DNA of 64,000 nt from Octopus bimaculoides (taxonomy: Eukaryota), in NCBI RefSeq assembly GCF_001194135.2, contig NC_068984.1, positions 55,213,844-55,277,843 of the forward strand, in the 5' to 3' direction. Below the pieces are notes generated by a model that had not been told where the DNA came from, searched no databases, and saw nothing but the letters and a program-made list of their open reading frames with translations. Position numbers and translations under genes: made by a program. Below, in pieces: positions 1 to 12,544 of the stretch (positions are counted from its first letter, which is position 1; every line of letters begins with the position of its first letter).

Positions 1-589
1 TATATATATATATATATATATATATACATTTATACATACATATATTTATATATTTTCATATCTCCATCACTGTTGCGTTTAGTACACATGCCTCTAGCAC
101 TCATGCTCCTGTTCCACAAACTCCCCTCCACCCACTCTCACTCTACTACACTGCTGATGTGATAATGGATAGCAGCGTATCTCTTGGTTTTATTGTTCAT
201 TGCTTACAATGTAACAAGAATGTCATGGGACCTATCTGATCATCTTCCTAACAATGCATGCATTACTTTCCCTCTCTTGGATTTATCTCTCTAATCCATA
301 TCTTACTCTTTCACTCAGTTAAGGCGTGTGAACATAGTGTATCCTACACACCATATGTATATGCCCTGATAAATATGTTGGTCCCAATAACCTTCAATCA
401 TCAACCTCAAGCTAACTGTGCCAGTCTCTCCACTTTCCTCTCCAGTGTATATGCTACAATATATTACTCACAGAATTTGTATCAAACGTGGCTTTAGTTG
501 GATGTTCTAATAAACACACTTTGCATATTGTTGTGTAAAATGCTTGATGTAAGAAAGAGAATCCTGCAATGCAAATTAATCTAAAACTG

Positions 590-725
590 AAACATGCAAG
601 TGGCATGTAGCCCCACTCAACCAAATTATTAAAGAGTAACAATGATCTGTCCAAACCATTTCTGTATGGAGGGCAGACGTAAAGCGACAAAAACAATGAT
701 AATTATGATTATGATCATCATTATC
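590..725 (+). mobile_element. 3' end of an RTE-associated LINE/SINE with (GAT/ATT)-like tail
   Basis: ...gtccaaaccatttctgtatggagggcagacgtaaagcgac is followed by a decayed atg/att tail. It resembles the reverse complement of 2005-2240. Confidence 0.4.
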
Positions 726-1044
726 AATATGATATATATATACATATATATATTTCTATTAACCAGGCTATCAGACATTGTAAACATTGCCAGTCACAAT
801 GTACTTCGCATATGGCTAGGCCAATCTATGTGTATATATATATATTCTCTTTATCTGTTTCAATCATTGACTGTGACCATGTTAGAACACCGTCTTTAGT
901 TTAACAAATTAACTCCACGACTTATTCTTTATAAGCCTAGTATTTATTCTATCAGTCTGTTTTGTCAAACCACTAAATTATGGGGACATAAACACACCAA
1001 TATCAGTTGTCAAGCAATGGTTGGGCAACAAATACGGACATTAT

Positions 1045-1300
1045 AAAGAGAAGGTCTTACAGCTGTTTCCAGGATATTTTATATAACTCTTCATCAGAGG
1101 CAGTGCGAGAAAATGTTTAAGTATTAGTTTTTATAGAGAAGATATGAAATACAGAGTAAAGTGGTGGAATGAAAACAGACGTGAGATACATAAGGATACT
1201 GTATCCTTATCAAACCTGGAGCTTAACTATAGTCTGTCCATAGCACTTACCCAGCATTACCTGACACCTTTGGGTCTTTTGACACCAATACCTCTCATAC
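1045..1300 (-). mobile_element. Degenerate Penelope-like terminal segment with a hammerhead-like motif
   Basis: The minus strand reads CCT-CTGATGA-agagttatataaaatatcctg-GAAACAGCTGTA-AGAC after a pyrimidine-rich stretch. Confidence 0.4.
1052..1101 (-). ncRNA. Decayed minimal type I hammerhead ribozyme motif
   Basis: CUGAUGA and GAAAC core boxes are present, with palindromic stem III (ACAGCUGU) and a GUA cleavage triplet. Stems I and II carry mismatches. Confidence 0.4.
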
Positions 1301-1354
1301 CCTTGATATATATATATACACAACAGACTTCTTTCAGTTCCCATCTACCAAATC

Positions 1355-1475
1355 CACTCGCAAGGCTTTGGTTGGTGGAAGGCTATAGCAGGACACTTAC
1401 CCAAGGTGCCATGCAGTGGGACTGACTCAGAGCAATGTGGTTGAGAAGGAAGCTTCTTACCACACAGCCATGTAT
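1355..1475 (-). mobile_element. tRNA-derived SINE head (family with tggctgtgtggtaagaagctt start)
   Basis: The reverse complement gives an A-box/B-box-like head followed by ...ccttgggtaagtgtcc. Homologous pieces lie at 5270-5430 and 5525-5575. Confidence 0.6.
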
Positions 1476-1663
1476 TGATTTCAAATTTTGGCACAAGACC
1501 AGCAATTTTGAGGAGAGATTAAGTCAATTAGATCAACCACACTGCTCAAAAGGATGAAAAGTAAAGTCAACCATATCAACACTTGAACTCAGAACACAAA
1601 GATGGACAAAATGCTGCTAAGCATTTTGCCTGGCATACCAACAGTTCTGCCAGCTCATTGCCT
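1476..1663 (-). mobile_element. tRNA-derived SINE, main family (aaggcggcgagctggcag head)
   Basis: Colinear with the well-preserved copy at 17545-17758. Confidence 0.7.
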
Positions 1664-1877
1664 TATATATATGTGTGTGTAAATATGTTTGTGTGTGTGT
1701 GTGTGTGTGTGTGTTTGTGTAAATATATATATATTAATCAAAGTGTACAGTATTATATATTCATTATGGCTGATTTTACCAATAGGTTTCATACTAGGGG
1801 TTCATAATCAGATTGTTAGGTAACAGTCCTATTATGTAACCCTGCACCACATATATCAGAGGTAGCTGTTATGAAAT

Positions 1878-1880
<3 letters not shown>

Positions 1881-1914
<34 letters not shown>

Positions 1915-1927
1915 CAGACACATATTG

Positions 1928-1990
<63 letters not shown>
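1881..1990. repeat. (AT)n compound microsatellite
   Basis: Read directly from the sequence. Confidence 0.95.
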
Positions 1991-1996
<6 letters not shown>

Positions 1997-2004
1997 CACA
2001 CACT

Positions 2005-2240
2005 TATCATGATCATCAGCATCAGTTAACTATCTTGCTATATGTATGCATTGGATGGTTTAGCAGGATCCATCAGGTCCAGAACTGAATCATGCTCTAC
2101 CATCTATTTTAACATAGTTTCTATGGTTGAATGGTCTTCCTTATATGAATTGCTGTACACCATGCAGAGAGTGCTCTTTCATGCCATCAGCACTAGTGAA
2201 GTCACCAAGCAGCTCGATACTTGAGCCTCTGAGAGTGATA
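2005..2240 (-). mobile_element. 3' end of an RTE-associated LINE/SINE
   Basis: The minus strand reads ...gacttcactagtgctgatggcatgaaagagc...aaaccatccaatgc and ends in a gatg-type tail. Similar to 590-725. Confidence 0.45.
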
Positions 2241-3124
2241 ACTGTATGCTTAGAAATAAAGTGTTAAATTATGAGAGAACATACCAAAGTGGAACAGGTT
2301 TCTTGCTGTATGAGAGCTACATGAATACATATATTTTAGAAGAGTGTGTACATCATCAGTGTGGAAGATGGGAAGAAATAAAAATAATGATGATGAGAAG
2401 TCTGGGTGGATCTTTATGATATGAGTTATGTGAATGGAGACAGAACACTTATGAGTTTGGGTAGGCAGAGATTGAAAGGGTCTGTGGTAGAATTAGAAAT
2501 AAAGGAATGTGTAAAAGAGGAAATATAATGAATGAAGAGCAAGTGTTAAGTAGGGGGCATAGGGAAGAGTAGATGAAACTAAAGAGACTGGACTAGATTG
2601 AGGGATGGGTGTAATACATAGTGGATAGAGTGGGCAAAACTAATGATACATGGGGTTAAAGAGTAGTAGAATAGAAATGAGAGAGGAAAAGAGAGATGGG
2701 GAGAGAGAGGGAGAAAGAGAAAGAGACAGACAGACAGACTGACAGACAGAAAGACAGACAGAATGACAGACAAAAAGACTGACAGACTGACAAACAGGCA
2801 GACAGAGTTAGAGATGGCATGTATTTGAGTAAGCTGCAAGAATGTAGGCAGGGAAAGGAAGAGGTCTAGTGTATTGGAAGGACAAAAGATGCATCATCTT
2901 GATGAAAGAGAGGTAATTAGGTGACTCAGGGAGGTGATCAATATAAAATACAAGTGGAGAAGTTTATATTAAGGATAAGGGTTGGATGTTATGCGAAATG
3001 TTTCTAATTAGTGAGAAAGATTAGTGTTATCAAGGAAAGGCTATATTTAGAAAGATAAGTGGTGGCGATGATTTGAGGTGGAAATTAGGTACAACCACAA
3101 CGATTTCAGAACTTATTTTTGATG

Positions 3125-3290
3125 CGTTCAAAGGGTCTTCTTCAGAACCGTATATCATCAGTCATCGCAGTCTCTTGTCATATGCTCCTCTAGGTTCAAG
3201 GTACTGATATTAGTCTTCACCGCTTCATCTCATATCTTCTTGGTTCTTCCTTTCACAAAATGGTCCAACTATATTACATGATTTGACACA
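3125..3290 (-). mobile_element. RTE-clade LINE, C-terminal remnant
   Basis: Minus translation KGRTKKI*DEAVKTNISTLNLEEHMTRDCDD* matches the RTE C-terminal pattern GRPRKTW-EVVK-D---L-L-EEMT-DRD-W. Confidence 0.6.
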
Positions 3291-3726
3291 TTTTTATGAA
3301 GCTGTCTTCATTCACAGACACACAAACACACACACACACACGCACATATATATATATACACATACACACATATATATATGTGTATGTGTGTGTATCTTTC
3401 CCTTTTATACATACATGCCTACATATGCAGTGCACATGCACGCTTACTACTGTACTTAGTAGCATAACTGATTATGATATGCAGATCAAATGTAGGAGAA
3501 ATTATGATCAACACAAGTTGATATTATTTGCTCCCTATACGCGTGCCACCGTCTTAATTGTTTGGTGCATTTGATCTCTGTAACACAATGCAATAATGTG
3601 TTACCTCGATGATGTGGTCTGGTTAAGAATCCAATTGCTCTTAGAATATTCAGTACAGAATTCCATGCAACTACAACGGTTGAACTACGTAGGAACAAAT
3701 ACTATAAACTCGCCTTCATCGTAATA

Positions 3727-3980
3727 TCTCTCTCTCTCTCTCTCTCATATTCACACACACATTCATACTCACACGCACACACGGACCCACACACACACAC
3801 ACAAGTGTGTGTGTGTGTGTGTATGTGTGCACGCGTGTATGTCTGCGTGCATGTATTCGTATACATATGTATGTATATATGCCTGTATGTATGTGGATAG
3901 GTATGCATGTATGTATGTATGTATGTATGTATGTAGGTAGGTAGGTAGGTAGGTAGGTAAGTAGGTAAGTAGGTAGGTAG
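3727..3980. repeat. Compound microsatellite (CT)(AC)(GT)(ATGT)(AGGT) ending at an N gap
   Basis: Read directly from the sequence. Confidence 0.9.
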
Positions 3981-4238
3981 NNNNNNNNNNNNNNNNNNNN
4001 NNNNNNNNNNNNNNNNNNNNNNNNNGGAGGGAGGGTGGGAGGTCAAGCCTTCAGGTTTCAATTCACAAAAATGCACCTGTCCATTCACCCGGCATAATGA
4101 CTTAGAGAGAACCCGTGAAGAGTCAATTTAGCAGACCAGCGATAATGAGTTATTGGTACCGCCGACAACCTTGAGGCATGGTTATCTTTATCAATAAACT
4201 ACTACATTTCGTCTTTAACGTTACATTCATGTGTGAGC

Positions 4239-4270
<32 letters not shown>

Positions 4271-4582
4271 CACACACACAAACGTACTAATAATATTTTA
4301 ACGATAGTATCTGCAATTACATGTACAGACCTAAATTTCACTGATTTGTGGATTTGTGCATACGTATCCAGGTTTTAATTTTGCATTTCAATACTGAGAA
4401 ATTGGGAAGGGGCAATAAATATATTTTTTCTAGTATATAAATATATTCCTTCGATATATTTGTATAGAGAAATATAAGATAGACACCAATATTACACGCT
4501 CATGTACGAATTTACACATCACCTGTATGTCTGTCTGTCTCTGTGTTTAAACATGTATGCGTGTGTGTGTGTGAGTGTGAGT

Positions 4583-4726
4583 GTGCTCCACCCTTATTGC
4601 AGCCCCTATGTGTTCCATGTTCTTCTCAAGATTTTTACTCACTGTTCCCAGGAATCCGACAATTATTCGTACTACTACCACCTTTTTTATCGACCACAAC
4701 TGCTTAACCCCCAAAGCTAACCTATC
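4583..4726 (-). mobile_element. R4/Dong-clade non-LTR fragment (RLE C-terminus)
   Basis: Minus translation FDRLALGVKQLWSIKKVVVVRIIVGFLGTVSKNLEKNMEHIGAAIRVEH aligns with the ORF at 61318-61665. The 5' junction abuts (AAT)n. Confidence 0.85.
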
Positions 4727-4728
4727 GA

Positions 4729-4781
<53 letters not shown>

Positions 4782-4818
4782 TATTTTTAATTTTATTATC
4801 ATTATCATTATTATTATT
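4727..4818. repeat. (ATT)n microsatellite
   Basis: Read directly from the sequence. Confidence 0.95.
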
Positions 4819-5235
4819 AAGGCAGTGAGCTGGCAGAATTGTTAACATGCCAAACAAAATGCTTAGCAGCATTTCGTCTGTCTTTTCATACCGAGTTCAA
4901 ATGCTGCAGAGGTCGACTTTTCTCTTTATCATTTCGTAGACGATAAAATAAGTATCAGTTTAGTACTAAAGTCGATGTTACAGAGTATCATCATCGCTAA
5001 AATGTCAGGCCTTGTGCCTATAGTCGAAAGAATAATAATAATATTAAGGCGACGAGTTGGCAGAACCGTTAATACCATAGGTAAAATTTTTACCGGCATT
5101 TCGTCCGTCTTTATGTTCTGGGTTTCAAAGCTACAGCGGTCGATGAAATAAGTACCAGTTGAGCACTGGTGGCCATTTAATCGACTTAACCCCATCTCGA
5201 TATTCATGGGTTTGTGCCAAAATTTGAAAACGTTA
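4819..5235 (+). mobile_element. Two tandem tRNA-derived SINEs, main family
   Basis: Heads aaggcagtgagctggcag (4819) and aaggcgacgagttggcag (5046), B-box-like gagttcaaat, and tails ...ccttgtgcc. Confidence 0.8.
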
Positions 5236-5269
5236 TAGGTATTATTTTTATCATCATCTTCACTACTAA

Positions 5270-5463
5270 AGTGCAAGCAGAAGTCCATGTGTTGTAAGAA
5301 ATTTGCTTGCTAACCACATAATTCCAGATGCAGATCCACTGCGTAGAACGCTCGTCAAGTGTTTTCTCTATTATCGCCCTGTGCTGATCGAGGCGCCTTT
5401 GGTAGACGCAAATTGAAAGAGGACACCTGTGTGTGTGTGAGTACATATATATATGCACATATA

Positions 5464-5526
<63 letters not shown>

Positions 5527-5790
5527 CCTGGAACCATGTGGTTGGGAAGCAAGCTTCTTATCACACAACCACATCTGCACTCGGATATTTGTGTCTGTGT
5601 GTGTGTGCGTGTGTTTATATCTGTTTTCTTCGGCTGTTGGAAAACCATTTTCAGCTTGTTTAGGTCCCTGTAACTTAACGGTTGAGCAAAAACGAGCCGA
5701 TAGATTAAGTAACTTGTGAAGAGTAGTCAAGGTTGTGCTCAAGCTTGGCTGCAGCCTATTGACTTAAACAAGTAAACAAGAAAAGATAAA
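5270..5790. mobile_element. Fragments of a second tRNA-SINE family interrupted by (AT)n
   Basis: Minus-strand heads at about 5270-5430 and 5525-5575, and a 3'-type segment at 5600-5790. This explains the spurious ORFs at 5204-5742. Confidence 0.5.
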
Positions 5791-6002
5791 TTGTTAAGAG
5801 GCCCCGCGGGGAGACCATCCGTTTCACAGGACCAGTTCATCGATAGATCTATCCCCAGAGCGTGCGAAACTGCTGAGCTCTCAGTAGAACATCTTGCTAA
5901 TTATAACATGAACGTTCTTTTTGAACTATGGTCTTCTCAGACCCACGCAACGAACATCACATGCACACACACACATACACAAGCGCCCAGACACACACGT
6001 GC

Positions 6003-6012
6003 ATAGATAGAC

Positions 6013-6056
<44 letters not shown>

Positions 6057-6092
6057 GGATGGATGGATGGATGGATGGATGGATGTATAGAT
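6003..6092. repeat. (AGAT)n/(GGAT)n tetranucleotide repeat
   Basis: Read directly from the sequence. Confidence 0.95.
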
Positions 6093-7002
6093 ACATGATT
6101 ATGTGCGTGTGTATAATCTGGAGACGAGTGATCTTTCTTTCGTTTATTGACAAGAAATATCATTAAAGCTCATGTTTATTATTATAACGATTGCAGTTTC
6201 AGTCAGCGACTATTTTCTCTACTTAGTGCAGTTCATATCATATACAAACTTAAATTAAATACTCTTCTTGCAGACTTCTCAACTAAGAAATTGTTTGCGA
6301 TCATTATTTTTAAATAGCCTAATCAGTGGATGTTTCTAACTGAAATTTCCTTATAGTCTCTAAGTCGTTCTAAGATGTCATAAGTACAATTAAAACTATG
6401 CTTAAACCTAATAAAACTGAATCATGGCCGATGTTGTTCCGTACTTACCAAAGAAGAGTTTCTTTTCCACGTTTAATTTTAAATCGATTTGAATTTCTGA
6501 GATGTCTTCGTTGCCTTTCTCGATAAGAATTATCATTATTACTAATGAGATTTCTCTTCATTACGGACGTAATCATAAATATTACAATGTGTTTTTTTTT
6601 TTTTTGGTGTTGTTTGCGTTCACTACATAATTACGTTAGCTCAAATAAAAAATAAAAATACAGTTTAAAGATACATTAATTAATATATGCTTATCTATAA
6701 TTAATGTCAGTTTTCTAGGTCTCGAAAATCACGAACTCGATGTATTTCACAGTACATAAATTCCCACACAGGCATANNNNNNNNNNTGTGTTTTTTTTTT
6801 TTTTGGTGTTGTTTGCGTTCACTACATAATTACGTTAGCTCAAATAAAAAATAAAAATACAGTTTAAAGATACATTAATTAATATATGCTTATCTATAAT
6901 TAATGTCAGTTTTCTAGGTCTCGAAAATCACGAACTCGATGTATTTCACAGTACATAAATTCCCACACAGGCATAAACTCACACATACACACACACGCAC
7001 GC

Positions 7003-7043
<41 letters not shown>

Positions 7044-7637
7044 CACACATTCATATATGCACACACATATACACGGCACGCGCACATATATAGTATATGT
7101 GTATATTATATCTGAATCTGTACACCTGCTACTTGCCTGTTATTTCTCAGGTAGCCTTTACGTTTCAAACGGTACTGACACCTCTAAATTAAGTGGTAGT
7201 GTCCAGGTGTCGAAACCAAAATGATATCCGTTACGAAGCTGATGATGGGTATATAGCTGTGATACATTTGTTGCCAGTGAATCTTTAATGTCTAATGATC
7301 TCGTTGTTCTAAGTTGTCCTTCATTCTCGCAGATTTAGAATTATGAAATGGATTTTGGATTTTGCGTTATGGTGAATTTGTTCAGTGTAATATAACATAC
7401 AATGACATTGCGTTAATGTCCTTAATGAGAACTCTAATTATGGCAAGGTTAATACTTAATCTGGAGACTCAAGTTTTGGGAGATGTTGTACCACAAAATA
7501 ATAAGTATATATGTATATATACATGTCCGGAAACCAGGAATCCAGCCCTTAAGAGTCCATACGGTTTGAGATAGATGCTTATAGACACATACAGACAAGT
7601 TCATATATACGTACATATACACGTATAGATAATATAT

Positions 7638-7754
<117 letters not shown>

Positions 7755-8769
7755 TGGATGTGGGTGTGTGTGGGTATGTCCATGAACACACTTGTATATG
7801 TACATATATTGATATGTAGCGGCCTTTTCTGGATAATTTAAATATAAGGTATACATTCCTAAATTATCAACAGAAATAGCTGTTATGTCGTGCATACACT
7901 CTTAGTTAAGTAACTTACCATCGCATACACTCTTGTACAAATTAAATAAACCAATTCAGTTCTAACGCAGGTTTTATATACTCTTTAGCTGTAAGTTTCT
8001 AATTACACTGTTAATTAATGGTGGACAATCTCTGACTGATGACGGTTTTACAACACCAGAAAGTACTCAGACGGAAACTATATTTTGCTGCCTCAGTTTG
8101 ACTGTTTTCTTTACTTCTTAAGGTATGGTTAAGCTATATATCTATTAACAATATATATGTTACACATCAAATTATTCCCGAAATGCTCTGCAGTGAACGT
8201 TTGATGAATTAACTCACGCTATCAACGCATGTTTTGTAGAACAAATTAAGCAAAGTTAACTTTAACTGAATTAGTGAAAACTAAAATAAAACTCTACGAT
8301 ACAAATATCCCCGTTAACAGAAGATAGGTGAATTTTTTTCGGATTATATCTCAATTGCACCAGTCAGATTAGGTATTCCCTTTGTTAGTTTTTTTTTTTC
8401 TTTCTCGTAATGAGAAAAACACTTGTGTTGTGATTTTTGTTTACGTCAACCACAGTGATGTTGTTTTGTAGGGTTATTTAAAGGGTATAGAAAGAAACAG
8501 TGTTTAGTGTTATTATGAATTCATACACGCGTACATGTGCATACACGCACGCGGATGTACCCACCACACAAATCCATGTATATTTCTATATGTGCATTAA
8601 TGTATCAAGCATATACGTGTGCATAAAAGCAAATATTTCTGTACGAAGTGGACTCTTCTGTAGTACTAGACGGATGGGGGTACTGCAGGTATCTGCTGAA
8701 CAACCTGCAGAGGTGATTCGTTTATAGTGATCAATTGTTTGAGTTATACATTGACTCCCTCCCTCCATC

Positions 8770-8945
8770 AAATCAATATTGCCTGGACAGGTGCAGGGTG
8801 TACCACCTCAGAAGTCGAAGTGATCGAAGAGTAAAGTGAAATGAAGTGTTTTGCTCAAGAACGCAATACACCTCTTGGTCCGGGAATCGAAACCACGTTC
8901 TTGTGATCCTGAGTGCAACAACCTAATCATATGCCACACATCTTC
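8770..8945 (-). mobile_element. tRNA-derived SINE, third family
   Basis: The minus strand reads gtgtggcatatgattagg...ggtttcgattcccggacc (B box) and then ttcttgagcaaaacacttcatttcac. Confidence 0.6.
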
Positions 8946-9014
8946 ACATGTATGTAATTTACACAGACACACAATGCACACACACACACACACGCATACA
9001 TACACACACACATT

Positions 9015-9045
<31 letters not shown>

Positions 9046-9488
9046 GTGCGTATGTGTGCTGCATATAAATGCGCGCGCACCCGCACACACCTCTATATTT
9101 ACACTTATATGTGAATAACCTAGGTTTTACGAATATAATTATAAATATAGAGGTCTAGAAATAGTAAATTTATACGGATACGATTTTAAAAAAACAAAAA
9201 AATCCTCACCTGTTCACATGACAACGCCTCAAATAATTTACAGCTTCCTTATTCACGTGATTGACATTTGATAAGGCATGAACTAAATATTTACATATTT
9301 TATCCATCATATTTTGTGGGTGTGATAGCTGCGCAAAATTTCTCTCTGGTATTATATGCCGAATTCTAAATATATACATTTCTCAACATTCAAGACTATG
9401 TCAACGTGTTTGCGCATTTATGTGCCTTGGTTTGTGTGTTTGTGTGTGTGTATTTGCGTGCGTGAGTGCGTGAGTGCGTGCGTGTACG

Positions 9489-9539
<51 letters not shown>

Positions 9540-10060
9540 TTGTTGGTTTACGTGATCGTGTGAATGTAAAGTCAGTAGCTGATTGATGTTTGGGACGGTT
9601 GTGCTCTAACTCGGTTGGGCACACAGCCAATGACACTTGCATCACTCAAACACCACTCCCTAACAAATTGGTAATTAACATCGCCAGGAGCTATGCTCTG
9701 CTAGCTGTTTCAAATGCTAATTATCGCCAAATCATAGTCTTTATCCCAAGATTCATCACTTGTCTTCGACAACACATTCGCAGCAAACAAATTTATATGT
9801 TCTATCCGGGAACGGTATATCCATCACAGTCGTCGTTTGACGTTGTCGTCGTGGTTATTGTCATCAAGAACAACAACGTTATCATCCGAACCTCATTAAC
9901 GGCATCACGACCTTGATTATTATTGTTATCATCATCATTTTCATTAACATTACCTTTGTTATCATCGTCGTCATCATCATCATCATCGGTAACAGAGAAC
10001 CCACCACTCTTATCGCCAATGTCAATGACATTTTCAAATATTAGTATATACATAATTTAT

Positions 10061-10074
10061 ATATTATTATTATT

Positions 10075-10139
<65 letters not shown>

Positions 10140-10192
10140 CATTATTATTGTTATTATCATTATTATTGTTATTATTATTATTATTATTATTA

Positions 10193-10279
<87 letters not shown>
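10061..10279. repeat. Long (ATT)n microsatellite (about 220 bp)
   Basis: Read directly from the sequence. It is the source of the poly-L and poly-I ORFs. Confidence 0.95.
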
Positions 10280-10280
<1 letters not shown>

Positions 10281-11244
10281 TGTGTCTACAACATGATTTT
10301 TCTCTAAGTAAGCTTCAGTGAATTTTGAATGTGTGTATTTTATCTTCAGACTTGATAACTTATCACATCTCATTTTTGTGTATGTTTAGAAGTGGTATTA
10401 TTTTACCAATATGTTATTAAAAAACCATTTCAGTAGATGATCCGATAAGAATCCATATACATACGAAAAGTAATTTCATATGATACTCCCCAGAGATGGG
10501 ACAAACGCATGGCCATTTCGTTTCAGGTGCAACATTATTACATATAACACTACAAAATTGATTTTATTGATTAAATCTGTGGTTTGCTCTCTGCTGTAAA
10601 TGTCCGACAAATGAAGCTTTGAGTTTTCATCTATAACCAGACTACATTGATTGCAGTTGCTTTTCTTGCACAGCGTGACTGACTGACTATGGGAATATAT
10701 ATAAGGATGGAATATTTTGTAACTCTATATGATGCTTGATTTTTTTTTTAATTAGAGTAGCATTGGAACATCAAGTCTTTAGTATATTTATAATTGCTCA
10801 GTAGCATAATGTTTCCAAAGAACTATTAAATTGATACTGTGAAATTTGTCTGTAGTCGGAGGTGAACGATTCAAGTGTTGATCTATCAACTGGAGCTATC
10901 AGTTTGTATCCTAACCTTTTTAATGATTTGTATTCCTGAGCAAAGTGCCTAAAGATGAAAATAGATGGAAAATGAAAAGACTTGCATATTAATTCGAAAC
11001 TGTTGTTTTGATGTTTTAAGTGCCGAGATTGAATCCTATTACGAGGGAATGAATAAATTTATTCGGAAAACTATGTTGATAAAGAAGCACGCAGTATAAA
11101 ATGATGAAGAAATTAAACTTATTTTTTTACCGAACATTTCTTAAAGATGTGAATTTGATTAAAACCAGATGCTATTTTACTTCAATTAAAATATTTGAAG
11201 ATACTTCTGTACATATTGCTGTGAATAAGTTGTCGGTAATAGTC

Positions 11245-11455
11245 CTTTCTATTATTGGCACAAGGCCTGAAATTTTAGAGTGGAGGCTACTCAATCGCAT
11301 CCTCTCAGTGCATGACTGGTATTTGTTCTACGGATGTGAAAGGACGAATAGGAAAATCAACCTCGGTGAAGTTTGAACTCAGAAAGTAAAATCAAATAAA
11401 ATGTCACTAAGCATTTTATCCGACGCGCCAACGATTGTGGTAACGATTGGCCACC
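11245..11455 (-). mobile_element. tRNA-derived SINE, main family
   Basis: ggcacaaggcctgaaatt...gtttgaactcaga...taagcattttatccgacgcgcc is the reverse complement of the family consensus seen at 17545. Confidence 0.7.
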
Positions 11456-12329
11456 TTCCAGTTGTCTGTAATAGTGGTATGTGGAAATAAATGCCATAGA
11501 GTATTTATTTTTGCTTCTCCACATCGTGAGTTTAAGTTTTGATTTTTATATCATAAGTACAACCAGCCGTCACTTGCGAGCGAGTATAGTTTGATAACAT
11601 GTATCATGCCTTCACTGATTGAATTAGGCATTAATGTAGTAATGAACCTACATAATCATCTTGGTGAAATGATGAGCCATGCTGAAAGAAACAATGCCTC
11701 GCCCCAGTTCAAAAATTGAACCATTGACTTTATAAACCAGAGACATGAATCCTAACCTATAGGTCACATAGTATACCAGGCTAAACGGTACACATAACAC
11801 CGTATGGAAAGGATATAATAAAATTAAGGTTAATATAGTTAAAGCTGACTTATATGTCAGATTGATGCAATAGTGCTTAATTTCTAGATTTCTATTCAAT
11901 GTTTAGTAAGTTAATATATAGTTGGTGTTTTTCAAATTATGCGTGGTCACCTAAGCCTGAACAGTAGCTTCCCCTTAAAATAAAGACAAGTCATTGATGT
12001 TATTATTTGTTTCTGTGATGAAATGCTTGGTAATCTTTGTATCGGCAGTGCCGTATGAGAAGATATACTTTATGGTATGTAACTGATTCGTGTGCTTTAT
12101 TGTCTGCATAGATAGAAGCTAGTTTAATTTATTGGCTGTCATGAAATATGATACCTACGTTATGAGATATACTAATGTAGCAGAACGTTGAGGTCAATAT
12201 TTTCTCTTATGATGCCATGTTAGTCCCAATTATTTAAATACACAAGCGTTCACAACAGAATTTATCTTTTAATCTTTAGTTAAAATAATATTTAAAAAAG
12301 AAAAGAAAAATTACACGTGGGCCGATAAT

Positions 12330-12544
12330 GGTTTCAAATTTTGTGATAAAGCGAGCAGTTTTTGAGGGGAGGGGTAAGTTGATTACAGTGACGCCTGTAC
12401 TTGATTGATACTTATTCTGTCGAGTCTGAATGGATAAAAGGTAAAGTCGATCTGGGCGGATTTTGAGCTCAAAACGTAATGACAGACGAAATGCCACGAA
12501 GTATTTCATCTGGTGTACTAACTGTTCAGCTAGCTCGTCGCTTT
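12330..12544 (-). mobile_element. tRNA-derived SINE, main family
   Basis: Ends in gctagctcgtcgctt, the reverse complement of the head. The body is colinear with the family. Confidence 0.75.

Noticed and set aside
6448-6560. Minus-strand GTAAGT donor with open upstream frames (MKRNLISNN... / MIILIEKG...)
   Set aside because: No acceptor, promoter evidence, downstream partner exon or recognisable protein.
6587-6975. Identical tandem duplication of about 190 bp (6587-6776 vs 6786-6975)
   Set aside because: The copies are separated only by a short N gap, which is the typical signature of unmerged contig overlap.
8030-8080. CTGATGA...GAAAGTACTC hammerhead-like string
   Set aside because: Stem I and the NUH triplet cannot both be satisfied in the canonical register, and stem II has a terminal mismatch.
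9923-10373. Poly-Leu, poly-Ile, poly-His and poly-Tyr ORFs, and YI-, CV- and HT-repeat ORFs throughout
   Set aside because: These are translations of microsatellites or N runs.
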